DNA of 64,000 bases from Lama guanicoe (Eukaryota), in the NCBI GenBank assembly GCA_013239625.1, contig MU054391.1, forward strand, positions 6,157,824 to 6,221,823, read 5' to 3'. The stretch's first letter is position 1; every line of letters begins with the position of its first letter. Below, piece after piece: positions 26,101-39,117 of this stretch. Made by a program: the position numbers and the translations under genes. The notes below the pieces were generated by a model. The model saw nothing but the letters and a program-made list of their open reading frames with translations. It was not told where the DNA came from and searched no databases.

Positions 26101-28209
26101 TAAAGGCTAGAGAAGGGGGTCCTGGGAGAGACCCGGGCTGGCCACTTGCTGCCCAGTGGGGGTCCCTTCTGTACACGGCCCCCATCCAGACTGCAGCTCC
26201 CAAAGCTGGCTTCCATCCCATTTACAGAGGAGCAAACAGAGGTTCTCTGGAGCCTTGAGACAGGGACTGCCTGACTCCAGGACCTGGCCCAGCAAATTCT
26301 CTCACCCGCTGCCTCCACCTCCTGAGAGCTGCCCCTCCAGCTGGGTGCTGGTCTGGTCATCTTGGTCTCCCTCCTGCTGGGAGGACGCTGCCTGGCTGAA
26401 GGACCGTGGCTCACATCCTGGCCATGAGCATCAGAGTGGAATCGCAGACTCGCTCTTCCGTCATCTGCCCGTGGGTCTGTCTCACATGGGCTCGGATTAC
26501 TTGAGTCACTCCGCAGCAGGGGACAAGTAGCCAGGAGGAGCTTACTCCAAGATGTGCAAGGTCTAGTGTCCCAAACTTCTACGTGTGATAAGCACAGTTG
26601 AGCTGGGGACCCCTCCACTGGCTCTGTCCCCCCAGGGCTGACCAAATGGGGACCAGATCTAGGGAGCTGCAGGAGGGAAGGGCTTCTGAAATCTCAGACT
26701 GGCTCCTGCCTTCGTCAGCAGCGTCTAGCCTGCTGTGGCCTCTCAAGTGTCCTTCAGAAGAGCAGTTAGCTTGTGGTCGCCTCCAGTCCCTGAGAAGCAG
26801 ATGCTGTGTGATTCACGTGTTTGTTTATTTCAACCTTGGAGTTTTTAATCGTTCGATGAAACGGTGATAGATTCCTGAGCCCTGGACTAGATGCATTCTG
26901 GGTGTTTTCCTAGGCATGGGCATTTGCTGGGGAGGATGGGGGGCGTTGCAAGCCCCTGCCTTCCAGCCCTTCCGGTTTCTCCCCTTGATCATCTCCTCTG
27001 CAATTGGTATTGCGTTCCCAGCATTCTTCCACAATCATCCTCACACTCACGTCCTGGCCTCTGTGGCCTTGGGTGGGTCTCTGGGCCTCCTCGTCCCGGC
27101 ACACGCTGTTCCCTTTGTCCGCCCACCTGGAGGACTCCTGGGGCCCCTAAGACTGGCGCAGGCCTCCCCTGTCAGCCCTGCCAGCCGTCTCACGGGGGAC
27201 AGGCCAGCTCCCCTCCGGCACTCCTGGTCTCTTGTAAGTAAGCCTCATTTGGCACGTTACCGGTATTGTCGGTGTGCTGGGGGCACTGGGGGCACCTGGG
27301 AAGGGCCTGTGCATCTTGTCCACCCACATGTTCCCATGCCCGGCACAGAATGGGCTGGGAAACCTTTGTGGGCACAAGGGACAAACTTCTCTCTGTACTC
27401 CAGCCTGATGTTTGGGGCTGTGCCTGCGTAAGCCTGAAATTTGCCTTCACAGCAAGGCACTAAGGCTCTGGCGGTGTGGGAGGGGGCAGAGCAAGCCCCC
27501 GGCTCTGCGCTCAGGCCCACCCCCTGCCAGGTGCTGCTGGCCCTGCTCCTTGCCTGGCAGCTGGCACCCTCTGTGGAAACATGGAACTCGTGTATGGCTG
27601 GACGTGCGTGACGATTTCAGCGTTAAGAAACATCACACGGTCTTGTTTTTGGTCCTGCCTCGAGCCCTTTTCCTGTTGCATCAGCAGATTCTGTAGAGAG
27701 ACGCTCATCCTCTCGGGCATTTCCTCTTCCTCTCCCTGCCTTGTTCTTCCCCAGAGGCGCATTTATATCCCATCCACCAACCTGCCTTCCTCCATGGGGG
27801 AAGCAGCTCAAAGTGCTGGTCCCCTGAAGCTTCGGGTAGCAGTGACCCTGGCTCGAGGGTGAGGCTGCACCACTCAAACAAGAGATCCCAGCCGGAGGGC
27901 AGTGTTGGCTGGGGACATCACTGGGGGTGTGTGCCCCTGGGGAAGGAAGAGATGGCTCCAGTTTGGTGAATGGACCCCTGAGTCTGACACCACCCCCAGG
28001 CCCTCTATTCTGCTCCAGCTGTCCCTGTTCCAGTAAATGGAACTTTCTAAAATACCAAGTCTGAATTACAGACTGTCCCTTCTTGGATCTTCAGACCTGA
28101 GCAAGAGAGCGCTTTGCCATCCTGATCCCTGACATTCCTTCCTGTATCCCTGATACCAGAAGGGTCACAAAATATTAGAGCAAGAGGGTCCTAGAAGAAA
28201 CCCATTCTC

Positions 28210-28800
28210 TTACTCATCTGTCCATTCATTCAGGCTCTGTGCTAGGCCCTTGGACACACAACCATTATTTCAAATATTTTGACTGAGCACCAGTTGTGTG
28301 CCAGGCCCTGTTCCGGGCTCTTTGGGGAAGCAGTGGTGAACAAAAGCAGAGAGTCAACCATATAGCAATACAGTGCCAGTAGTAGGAACTGCCATGCAAA
28401 GGCGGCAAGGTAAGGACCAATCCTATTTGAGATGGGCTCCTTGGAGGCGGTGCCCCCAAGAAGACTGGAGCAAAGACATGAACACTGAGGGAGTGCACCT
28501 TGCAGATACTGAGGGGAAGGAAAGGCAGACCAGGTGGAGGGAACTGCAAACGCAGAGGCCCTGGGGCTAGAACACGTGTCGTATTATACACTGGCATGAG
28601 TGTAGTATTCTCTTTCCTCAAGGAGCTCACAGTCTAATGAGGGGAAAATGTAAATGACGTAATAAAAGTTGAGGTCATAATAGAAACAGGTTAAAAAATG
28701 CTATTGGAATGCAAAGGGAAGAGCAATTGTAGGGGGGTTGGGAAGTGCAACCCTGAGTAGGTGACATTTGAGTTGGGCTTTGGGGGATGAGTAGGAGTTT
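28210..28800 (-). mobile_element. L2 fragments
   Basis: caaatatttt.gactgagcacca..tgtgtgccaggccctgtt; ctcaaggagctcacagtcta. Confidence 0.65.
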
Positions 28801-29684
28801 GTTGGGCAGCTGAATTGGGCAGCTCCATAGATGAATTGGTGATCTCAGAGGTACAAGGCGTGCAGGAAGAGCTACCCACAGTTCCTCTTCCTGTTGCCTT
28901 AGCCGTTTCTGCAAGGGAAAGGACACCCTCTTGAGGATTTTCCTTTTCTCTACCTCTTCCTTTCCCTCAGCCTCATTCAGGGCAGGTCAGCGGCAAGAGA
29001 GTAGAAAGGAGGATGGCTCAACATGGGAAGGGGGGTCTCTGCCTTGCTTGGCCCGCCTGCCTCTTTCCTTCCTTCTTCCTTTCTCTTTTTCTCTCCTCCC
29101 TCCTTTCTTCCAAACTTTCTTTTATACATTTGTAAAGTTTTGAGGAGTCAGGTTTAAGCTGCTGGGGTAGGTACAGAAGTCGGGAGGGCTTTTGGTTGGA
29201 TTTCTCAACCAAAGTCACTGGCCTGGAGCCCATCCAACTGGTGAAGCTGTGACGCAACAGGTTTTCAGGAAGGTCCCTGAGGTTGGTGGGCTGAATTTGG
29301 TTCTAGGCACATACCCATAACTGTTGGCTCAAGAAGTGTGACTCACCCCCTCTCCCCAGTTCTCTCGTGGGGCTTTCGTGTTCACCCTTGGGAGAGGAGG
29401 AGGAACACCCCTACCTGCAGCCTTACACCTTAGCCAGGGCCAGACCTGGGTCTTCACCGCAGCCGGCCTTCAGCAAAGTTCTTGAAGCTGTTGAAAACAG
29501 AAACTTCTGGGACTCACACAGAATTATGAAATGCAAACACCATTATCTTTCGAGGGCACCAAGAAGTGAAATAAACACAGGCCACCTCTCTCAGCTAGGT
29601 CACAGTTAGCAGTGGGCCTGTAAACAAGGCGCTAATGAACTTGAAGAGTCCCTGTTTGGTGACCCCAAATCGGTGCCCCAAGGA

Positions 29685-30010
29685 TCTTCCCACCACTGGA
29701 AATAAAGTGCAGGCCACCTACATATATAATTTTAACTTTTCTGGTAGCCACATCAAAAGAGTAAAAATAAACAGATGAGATTAATGGTACCAGCATGATT
29801 AATTTAACCTGCTATATCTCAAATGGCATCATTTATCATTTCGTATGTAATCAGGATAGAAAAATTGTTCATGAGATATTTATTCCTGTATTAAGTCGTC
29901 AAAATCCAACGTGAATTTTACTCCTAGAGCCTATATATGAATTTAAACTGGCCACATTTTAAGTACTCAATGGCCACATGTGGCTGGTGGTTACTGTACT
30001 GGACAAATCC
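29685..30010 (+). mobile_element. MER33-like hAT-Charlie element
   Basis: ttttctggtagccacat...gccacattttaagtactcaatggccacatgtggctggtggttactgtactggaca. Confidence 0.8.
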
Positions 30011-32494
30011 AGCTTGTAGATGGAAAAACCGAGCCACCGGGAGATAGAGGGGGCATGGCAGGGGCGGGGTCAGGAAGCTGGGAGGCGGGGTCTCCCGCTC
30101 AGGTCCTGAGGAGCCTGCCCGACCGCGCCCTCTAGCGTCCACCCAGCTGCACTGCAGCCTGAGCCACCCCCCGCCAAACTGCTCTCTGCACCGGGTCCTG
30201 GCAGCTGTCACAGACCTCCTGGGACAGGACTGGCCCCTCCGCGGAGCAGCTGCGCTAGAAGCCAAAGCTGCAGGCGGCTTGCTTCCTACCTTCCTGCTTG
30301 GAGGATAGAAGGACACAAATGCAGTCAGCCTCTTTTCTCCCTAGGACCGTGGCTCAGCCCCAGGAGGAGCTTTTGTCCATGGGTCATCAGGAAAAAGAAC
30401 AGGGACTAGGGCTGCATGAGAAACAACACAAACCGCCTGTTTTCCTTCCACCCGCAGTGTCCTGTTCTGCCCCAGACAGAACAAGTGCTCGTCTCAAACG
30501 AGCCCTCCAGTCCCTTGAAGTGCAGATTCACGGCAGCAGCCCCTTCAGCTTCATCCTGAGCTTTGGCCATTTATTAAGGAGTTGGTTCCTCCCAACTCTT
30601 CCACCATCTTCCTTCCAAGTGTTTCTAAGTCTGGTTGGCCCAGCCAGCTTTGGAGTTCTGACTTGATGAAAGCATTTTAGAGCGATGGGATGAAATGTCT
30701 TCCCACGCCGGCAGCTGGTGTTGAGCTGTGATTAATGAGATGTTGGAGCACTTGGTTCCAGAAGCCTCGCTGGCAGCTGATAGAACTATGCCATTAAAAA
30801 GGCTTTAATTTGCAGGCAACATGGACTTCAGGTTAAATATTGTCATAGGGTTCCCTAGCTACAGGTTTACTTTTTTTCCCTTTACAATTTAGCACATTAA
30901 GAGCAATAACAGAGTAACTGAGACTCAGAGGGATGGATATTAGCCCTGCATTAACTCCCCCATTTTTCCATTACTGAGAATTAAAATGTCATCTTCGAAG
31001 CTCTCAGAAGGCTTTTGCTTGTCTGATCCAACTCCTGCTTGGTGGTGAAGCTTTTTGAGCCCAGTAAGAGATTTTCTCTGACCTTGAATCAGTTGCTCTC
31101 CCCTGGCACTTCTTCACCGTATCTTTCACTGGAAATGAAAGAGAGATTTTTCTGGTAAATGAAGGCTGGGGTGTGCGCCTAACGACAGGGCCGGGGGACC
31201 ATTTCTGCTGGGAGATGGGAGTGTTGGCTTTGTCTTTGCAGAAAGTCTTGCTTTTTGTCAGCCATCTTCCCAGTCGGCCAGTCATCAATCAGATTGGTTC
31301 ATTGGTTTAATTAGTAACAGAAGAGTCACTGGGCATGCGGTGTTCCACCGTCCGTGTTCCCTGTGAGGCCACCTGCTTCACGCTGAGAGCCTCCAGGAGG
31401 GAGCTAAAATGAGATTCTTTTAAAATATATCGGAGCCTTTGGTAAGCCATGCAGGTCCCCCCGGAGAGTGCAGGTGGGGCTTTATTTGACATGTGTGGTC
31501 CACACTTCATGGCTTCATGAAAGTCACCGTGGGAAGGCCATCTTGTGAAACTGGGTGAGAAGTTTAATGGTGAGGGACAGAGGTGGACAGCAGCCGGGAG
31601 CACCTGGGTGGCCTCTGTCCCTGCCCACGGACCTGGCACTGAAAGGGCCCCCCAGGAAAGTCATAGCCCCACCTGCCAAGGACAAGCTTGTGCCCCACAG
31701 AAGCCTCAGCTCCTTTTCTCTAAGATGGAGGTGACAGAGGTGACATTGCCTCCTCCCAGCCTGGTCCAGCTCCGCCCCAACCTGCAGCACCTGGAATCTG
31801 CCATGTGCCCCTTGGAGGTGGCCTTTGGGGTTGAGCCCCCAGTGACTTTTAAAGTCCTCCTTGTCATTCAGTTTGGATCTCATGTGCCATCTTCCAAGAA
31901 AGACTGCTCGGCCCTATGTGGGTATGAATGGCACCTCCTTGGAGCTTGGAGCCCCCACTTTGGGTCACTTTTTATGCCCCATCCATGTGCCATAAGCAGC
32001 CTGGAGCCGTGAGAACCAGGGCCTGCGTCCTCAGGCATTTAGAGCGCCCGATGGACTGGAATATACCAGGTACCCCCCCACCCCATGCACCCAGCCTGGC
32101 ACCAGGCCCTGAGGACATGCCTAGGGCAAGGATGGCCTGCACTCCTGAGCTGACGCTTTTAGGGAGCAGAGCACTGGCTAGTGGACATGTGTGCACAAGC
32201 ATTTGCACAATTAAATGACTCAGGACATGGTGCAGGATGTGATGAAACACACTGGATTTGCAGACAGCGTGTTTCCGGATTCTTCTGGGGAATGCTGTAC
32301 CACCTCCCCTGACTCCATTGCCTTTCTTGGGATGGGTCAGCCCTTATGATGAGAGATGGCTCCCCCATCTCAAATAGAGACACAGGATTCTTCGACCTGC
32401 GACCTCCACACCCAAGGATCCTAGACAATCAGACCAGGAGTAACACTGTGGTCCTCTTAACACCATCTGGTCCTCTCCGAAATACACCGCCCCT

Positions 32495-32625
32495 TTTGAA
32501 ATTTGTGATAAATTATGTATAACATAAAATTTACCGCCTTAGTCATTTCTGTGTACAGTTCAGTCGTGTTAAGTACATTCACACTGTTGTGCAACCAGTT
32601 AATTCCAGAATGCTGTTCATCTGAA
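32495..32625 (-). mobile_element. L1MB-type 3' end fragment
   Basis: aacataaaatttacc...gtgtacagttcagt..ttaagtacattcacactgttgtgcaacca. Confidence 0.75.
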
Positions 32626-35600
32626 TTCAGCTCGAGCTCTTTGGAACTTTCCACAAACATAGGCCCCCTCCCCCAACTCTGGCTTCTTAGCTGGTCCACC
32701 AGGTTGGCTTTGACATCCTCGGAGTTGTCTTGAACTTTTAGCGAAATTAGCGTTATCAGCTTTTAAAATGATCATGCTAGCTAGCCCTTTAATTCAGCTG
32801 ACTGGGCATGGTCAAGAAATCGAAGCAGCGGTGTGGTGGGTGCCCTGCTTCAGAGCCTCGGGGTCTCCTCAAAGGAGGTTAGAAAATCAGTGATAGGATC
32901 CTGCAGCGCCATCCTCAAAAGTGTGGTCTCCCATCAGCCGTGAGTCTGACAGCCGAGGTTTTACTAACTCACCCTTCAAGACGGTGGCAGGAAGATGTGT
33001 TTTTCCAGCCACATATTTCTTGATAGTTTTCCCCCAAAGTAAAATGTATCATTTTTGTTTCTTAGGTGCCTCCTTCAATTTCTCATAGTCTAGCTTTTCT
33101 TCCCTATACACCTGGGAATGCCCGGTCCACCTGCCAGGGTTCAGGGTCGATCGTGGAGCTCCACGGTCAAGTTCAAGATGGACTCCTGGTCACAGCCCAG
33201 CTTCACTAGCTGTGGGACCATGAGAAAGCTACTTAACACCCTCCCCACGCCTCGGTTTCACCATTTGTGAAATGGTCTGCACAGCGCCAGGCACGCGTGA
33301 GTGCTTGGGGAATTGTGGCTGTAGGTAGGATGACAGCTGTAGGGTATTTGGATGCTGAAATGGACCAGTGTTGGCGACTCGCTTGCGTCCCACGTGCTCT
33401 GGCCTTAATAAGCTCTCTGAAGGCAGGACCCATGCCGGATACATCTGTCCCCCGAAGCAGCCAGGATGGTGGTGGATACATAATAAGGTCTTATTAAATA
33501 CTTATTCAAGTTAATTCATGATTTCCAAAGATGATCAGCATTGCGTTCTCTTTATTCTCTGTGACTGTACCAGGTGATGGGGCAGCTTGCTTGTTCTTGG
33601 GTTTCCCCCACATGTGAGTGTTTTTAGGTCTTTTCTTGTTGGGAGAGGAAGAGTAGTTTGGCTTCCCTGGAGAAAGAGCCTCCAGCTTGCGGGCCAAGTC
33701 CTGGCCGGCGTGCTGGGAGGGTGGGGGCACCAGCGATGGGTGCTCTCTAGTTGGTGTACAGACTGACCCTTTTCTTCCCCAGACACTCACCTTTCAGGTT
33801 GGTTCTGCACCCTCCTTCCTCTGGGCCTATTGTTCCCCTGCCCAGAGTGTCTCCAGAGGCTCCCCTCTTTGGAGATGGAGGGGGGCACTCACCTATCTGT
33901 GCTGGTGGTGGGACCCAAGGGTCTGTACTGGTCAGGGTCGGTCAGCTGCTAGGACAAACGGCCCCCACACCTCAGTGCTTAACACAATAAAGATGTATTT
34001 CCTGATCTTGTTACAAGGGGAGGTCTTTGCTCCATGCGGTCATTCAGGGACTTAAACTTCTTCCTTTTTGCAGGTCTGCCATCCCACGTCCTGCCTCCCC
34101 TGGGGTCCCAGGAAGGAATAAGCCCTGATACCCTGAAGCATCTGCTGTGCACAGTGAATGACTTCTCGCCTGTGCACCTAGAGCGGTACTAGTTATGTAC
34201 CGTCCTCAGAGGACCGAAAAAATGGGCACTCCAGTCATTTACTGTGGGGCGTGGTCAGATGAGGAGGCACGGTGGAGGGAGGCTATGGGGCTTGCTCCCT
34301 CAGGGGCCTCTGAGTCCTCCCCTGGTTATTGTGTGTCTAGCAGGCAGGAAAGGGCATTGCCCAGGCCAGACTCAGAGGGGCCACGCATCACTCCATCCTG
34401 TGAGCCCCCAAAGCTTTCAAGAAGTGCCCCCTGCACTGCATCCCCCCAAAAGGGGGCATCCAGGCTCTACTGGAATGCCAGCTTTGCCAGAAACCTCCCC
34501 AAAGTTAGCCAGACCTGAAAGCAGGTGTCTGCACGTGTTCATGCACAACCACCATCACCACAGGGGCGAGTACGCCTCGCCCCAGGGCAGACACCGGCTC
34601 TGCAGAAGCGGTCAGAGAAGGAGGTGCTGGGCCACCGGATTTTGCAGCCCCAGGTGTCTGCCTGTGGGCCACACAGGAAAGGGCTGGGAAAGTGGAAGCC
34701 GCCCCAGGCAGACCTTGGAGCACCGTGGCTGTCACCTTTTAGAGGTTATGTTGATAGAACGTGTCCCGCTCCCTCATGTGGTCTCTTCCTTTCTGTAAAC
34801 ATGTGTTACATCTGGTGGAGGAGGTGCTAGGAGTTTGGCATTTCTGTGGGCTGTGAAAGAACAAAAATCACAGACACATTCTGAGGCCAGTTGAAGTCTT
34901 GTTCTGAGCGGTGGCTGGTTTTCATGGAGGCGAGTGGATTCTGAAAGGACCGATCCTGAGCTCTCGGAGCCTCGAGCATCCCAGAAGGTGTCTTGTCTCC
35001 ATGATGGAAAGTGCAGGAAGGCACGTTAGAGAGATGATGGGCCACTGACTATCAGACAGACACAGAAACACATGCAAGTGTATCTTCTCTTGTTTTCACA
35101 AATGGTAGCAAACTCTGTATTCTGTTCTGCACCTTTTCTTTTCACTTAAAAGCAGATCTTGAAGGTTGTTTCACGTCAGTCCACAATGGCAGGCGCCTGC
35201 GTTTTTTGTTATTACAGATAACGGTGCACACAGGCTGTGTGCACAGATGGGAGCATCTTTAGATGTGTTCCTAGAAGTGGGGTTACTGCGTCCAAGGGGA
35301 AGTGCTTATAATTGTGAAAGATGTTGCCAAACAGCCCTACCTGGAGATTAGAAAAAGAACTTTTCTATAATTTAAATTTATATAAAATTTACATAATTTA
35401 AAGTCGTAAAAATAATGATATGTATGGATAAAACTAATAAAACCTGGGAGAAGGGAAAGAAGAAAGAGGAAGCACCAGGGAAAATATGTGAACTACAGTG
35501 ATTATCTCTCATAATGGAGAGTCTGTGCATAATGTTTAGAATTCACAAATGTTAAGAAGCAGTTCAGAGTGGTTCCCTCTGGGAGTAGGGAGGGAAACCT

Positions 35601-36454
35601 TTTGTTTTTATTTTCTATTTTATATGCTCCCAAAATGATTAAGCCATGTGCATGTGTTACTGTGAAAATCAGAAAATAAAATGAAATGTTGAGATGAAAG
35701 CTGTATGAATGGCTGGCAGGAATATCACACCAGGGTCAGTCTTACATCCAGGTCTCATGGAAAACCTCCGTGGGGAGCACGCTTCTGTCCTCCCGCAGGT
35801 GCCTGAGATTTCACTATGAACATTAGAGACATCACGTCTCTTGGTGCTAATTCTAGATCCACAAAGTGTTTCTCAGAAGCAAAATAAAGTTACTAAAAAG
35901 TCCTTAAAAGTTTCTGGGTGCCTGTTCTAGGGATAAAATCAGAACGTGGTGCCCCAAAGAGAAAAGAACTGCTCAGAACACGTCGGGTATGGGTTGGGGT
36001 GAGGGCAGGCGGCCTGACAGTTTTGCCTGGAGCTGATGAGGGTGATGAGAGGAAGGATTTCATCCTCAAATCTTGTACAGCCCCTGGTGGGCACTTGATG
36101 AACGCTTCATTCCGTTGATTTTAAGTTGCCATCCCCCCCTCCATTTCCACATTCTGGAAGTCAGGATGTGTCTTGCAGTGAGGGCGCCCTGTCCTGACTC
36201 CACTGGAGCATCTGAGCCTTCCTAGTGGTACCTGGACTGACAGTTGCCTACCCGCAGCGGGTCCTAGATGGCCTGAGACATCCCAGGCACCGAGATGGCC
36301 CAAAGCGGACCTCTCCAGCCCTTGGTGCAGAACAGCGGAACATGCTAGGGACCTTTCTCCACCTCGATCGTTGGCTGTGGGCCGTGGGGAGCCCTCCGCC
36401 ACCCCAAGGTCCCCAGCCGGGTCCCCTGTCTTGCAGGTGTCGCCGCCGGCCACC

Positions 36455-36832
36455 ATGGGCAAGCAGAACAGCAAGCTGCGGCCCGAGGTGCTGCAGGACC
36501 TGCGTGAGAACACNNNNNNNNNNNNNNNNNNNNNNNNNNNNNNNNNNNNNNNNNNNNNNNNNNNNNNNNNNNNNNNNNNNNNNNNNNNNNNNNNNNNNNN
36601 NNNNNNNNNNNNNNNNNNNNNNNNNNNNNNNNNNNNNNNNNNNNNNNNNNNNNNNNNNNNNNNNNNNNNNNNNNNNNNNNNNNNNNNNNNNNNNNNNNNN
36701 NNNNNNNNNNNNNNNNNNNNNNNNNNNNNNNNNNNNNNNNNNNNNNNNNNNNNNNNNNNNNNNNNNNNNNNNNNNNNNNNNNNNNNNNNNNNNNNNNNNN
36801 NNNNNNNNNNNNNNNNNNNNNNNNNNNNNNNN
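36455..36832 (+). CDS. HPCAL1: Hippocalcin-like protein 1 (VILIP-3), first coding exon (aa 1-126); only the first 59 nt are visible, the rest lies in an N gap
   Basis: Acceptor cctgtcttgcag at 36436, Kozak gccaccATGG, translation MGKQNSKLRPEVLQDLREN with N-myristoylation motif. The end coordinate is inferred from the 378-nt orthologous coding exon and falls inside the gap 36514-36845. Confidence 0.9.
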
Positions 36833-36845
36833 NNNNNNNNNNNNN
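36514..36845. other. Assembly gap (332 N) hiding most of HPCAL1 coding exon 1
   Basis: Run of N flanked by GC-rich sequence. Confidence 0.99.
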
Positions 36846-39011
36846 GGGGCCGGCGGGGCGGAGGCGGCGGGTTCCCCGAGGCTGAGCCCCCTCCCGGCGT
36901 GTGCTCTCTCTGCTCATCTCCGGCTTCAGTCCTTCTCTGCTGGGTGGCAGCCCGCCCGTCTCTCGTGCACTTGTGAAAGTGAGCGGTTGGCCCCTGACCG
37001 GTGGGTCCTTGCAAATAGTGGTAAGAGCCGGTGTTTACGGATCACTGGCCGTACATCAGGCCTGGCCTGAGGGCTTTGATGAGCTGTGACCTTCTCAACC
37101 CTGAAGTGGGGGTCGTTCTCAGCATGTCACAAAATCTGGGGCTCAGAGCAGTGATTCTCTAACAATCAACAGAGCTGAGAATTATAGGAATCGAGAGGAC
37201 CCTTGACACTTGCAGAAACCACCTAAGACCTTTTCAAGGCCCCTCATTCGAGAATGCAACAAACATCTTGTCGCATCCCCAGGAACGTTCAGTTGTAAAG
37301 AAAACTGCAACGTTAGTGACCACAGAGAGCTCAGGCCCCACCCCAGGGTGTCCCCGCCTCTGAACCCCTTCTCGCCTCCTGTCAGCTGCTCTGGCAGGTG
37401 AGGTCATTTTCCAGAAAGAAACCGAGTTTTGTTCACTTCCCCAGATTCCTAGGCATGTGATAGAGACCACAGAGCGGCCGCTCCCTGGGGTCCCCCCGAA
37501 CCCCAACTCCTGGAGCCTCGGGGGTTCAGTTCCAAAATTCCTTACAGGAGGTATTCTTTACACCGAAGGAGCTTCAGGGCTCAACCACAGGCAAAGCGGT
37601 CTCACCAGCTCCTAGAGCAAGTGGCTTGAGGCGTGACCAACCTGCCTCCGGAACAGGTGGTTTTTACACAGTGAGGATAAGTCGCCGCCGGCTCGGGGAG
37701 CCCCGTGCTTCAGCTCTTGCTCCTGGCTCTTAGCCCCGGGCGGTGGTGGAAGTAACACATCTGCTTCCCGGGAATCTCCTATCCAGCCCCTGTGCTAGCC
37801 CGTACCCTTCTGCAAACAGCCATCCCTGTCACTGGCTAAGCAGACTGGCCTTAGAGACACGGCAGGCTCGTTCAGAACAGCGTGGGGTGCCAGGCCTGTC
37901 CAGATGGGACCTGGCTGCTAGGCCATCAGGCCGTATTCCCAAACCCTGAGTCCCTTCCCCTGGCACCTGCGGGTGGCTTGCTGGGTGGGACCTCTGGCTG
38001 CTACACCTTTGTCAAAACGGACTGGGATCTGCGTACTTCACAGCCCACCAGAGGCCTGGGTGGGTCTTGACTCTGTCTCCTCTGTGCTCAGACCAGGGCC
38101 TCGCCCCGTCCCAGGAGCGGGTCCTGTCCCAAGAGGCCCTGAGATACACACTGCCGTGCTGTGAGGCCTGGCCAGCACCCCCGACAAATGGAGGGGGGCA
38201 ACGAGGGGAGAGCGTAAGGGTATCAGAAGCCTCGCCTGGGTCTATCCTTCTTTGGTTTTGTTCTGTAAACCTGCTATTAACATCAAACAACTCTCAGACT
38301 TCTGCTGTTCTTGGTCTGCTATTTCAGGAGTGAGAATACCAGTCGAGCCATTTCCGCACAGAATCCCCCAGTGGCACGGGCCCTCCCCCACCCCGGCCTT
38401 GCACGTTACTCTGATGAGCTGCTGGTCACTGGCCTCATCACAGCCCCCTGGACACATGCACATACACCCACCACCGCACGGGGCACCTGCCCGGGCCAGG
38501 CCCCTTGGACAGAGACTGCCAGCAATGGTGCCAAGCCCTTGGATGGCAGTGCCCCTGAGAGAAGGTTCTCTGTCCTGCTGGACAGAACTGCCGCCCTGGC
38601 CCTGTCCTTGCTGGGGCTGGTGGGGTTCAGGGACTAAGTCTTTTTAGCTTTTACCGGAGGTACCGTGACCCCATGGTTAAGTGTGCACGGCTCCGTGTGC
38701 AGTGTGGCAGGCTGTGCACACATATGCTCGTGTCATCATCCTCGGTGAGTTCTGGAGCATTTCCACTGTCGCAGTGGGTGGTTTGGCCTGTTCTTGAACT
38801 TCACGTAAATGAGCCTGGCGCCTTTCGCTCACCTGCCGTCTGTGATACGCATCCACACTGTTGGGAGGACCAGGGAACATTATAGCCGGGGAAGGGTGAG
38901 CATCCGGCCCTCTCATCCGGCCATGGGCTGTGCGGAAGCTCACACCTGTGCCCCGCTCGCCGGGGAACAGCCCGGAACCTCGGAGCACACACGTCTTGCG
39001 CCCCTTTGCAG

Positions 39012-39117
39012 GCTATATACAAAATGGTGTCCTCCGTGATGAAGATGCCTGAGGACGAGTCCACTCCGGAGAAACGGACGGACAAGATCTTCAGGCAGAT
39101 GGACACCAACAACGACG
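39012..39117 (+). CDS. HPCAL1: HPCAL1 second coding exon ([36 protein letters not shown]), 106 nt
   Basis: tttgcag|gct...gacg|gtagga splice sites; neuronal calcium sensor sequence, start of EF-hand 4 loop DTNNDG. Confidence 0.97.

Noticed and set aside
36121-37070. 190-297-aa ORFs around the HPCAL1 start
   Set aside because: Their length comes from reading through the N gap; only the MGKQNSK frame is real.
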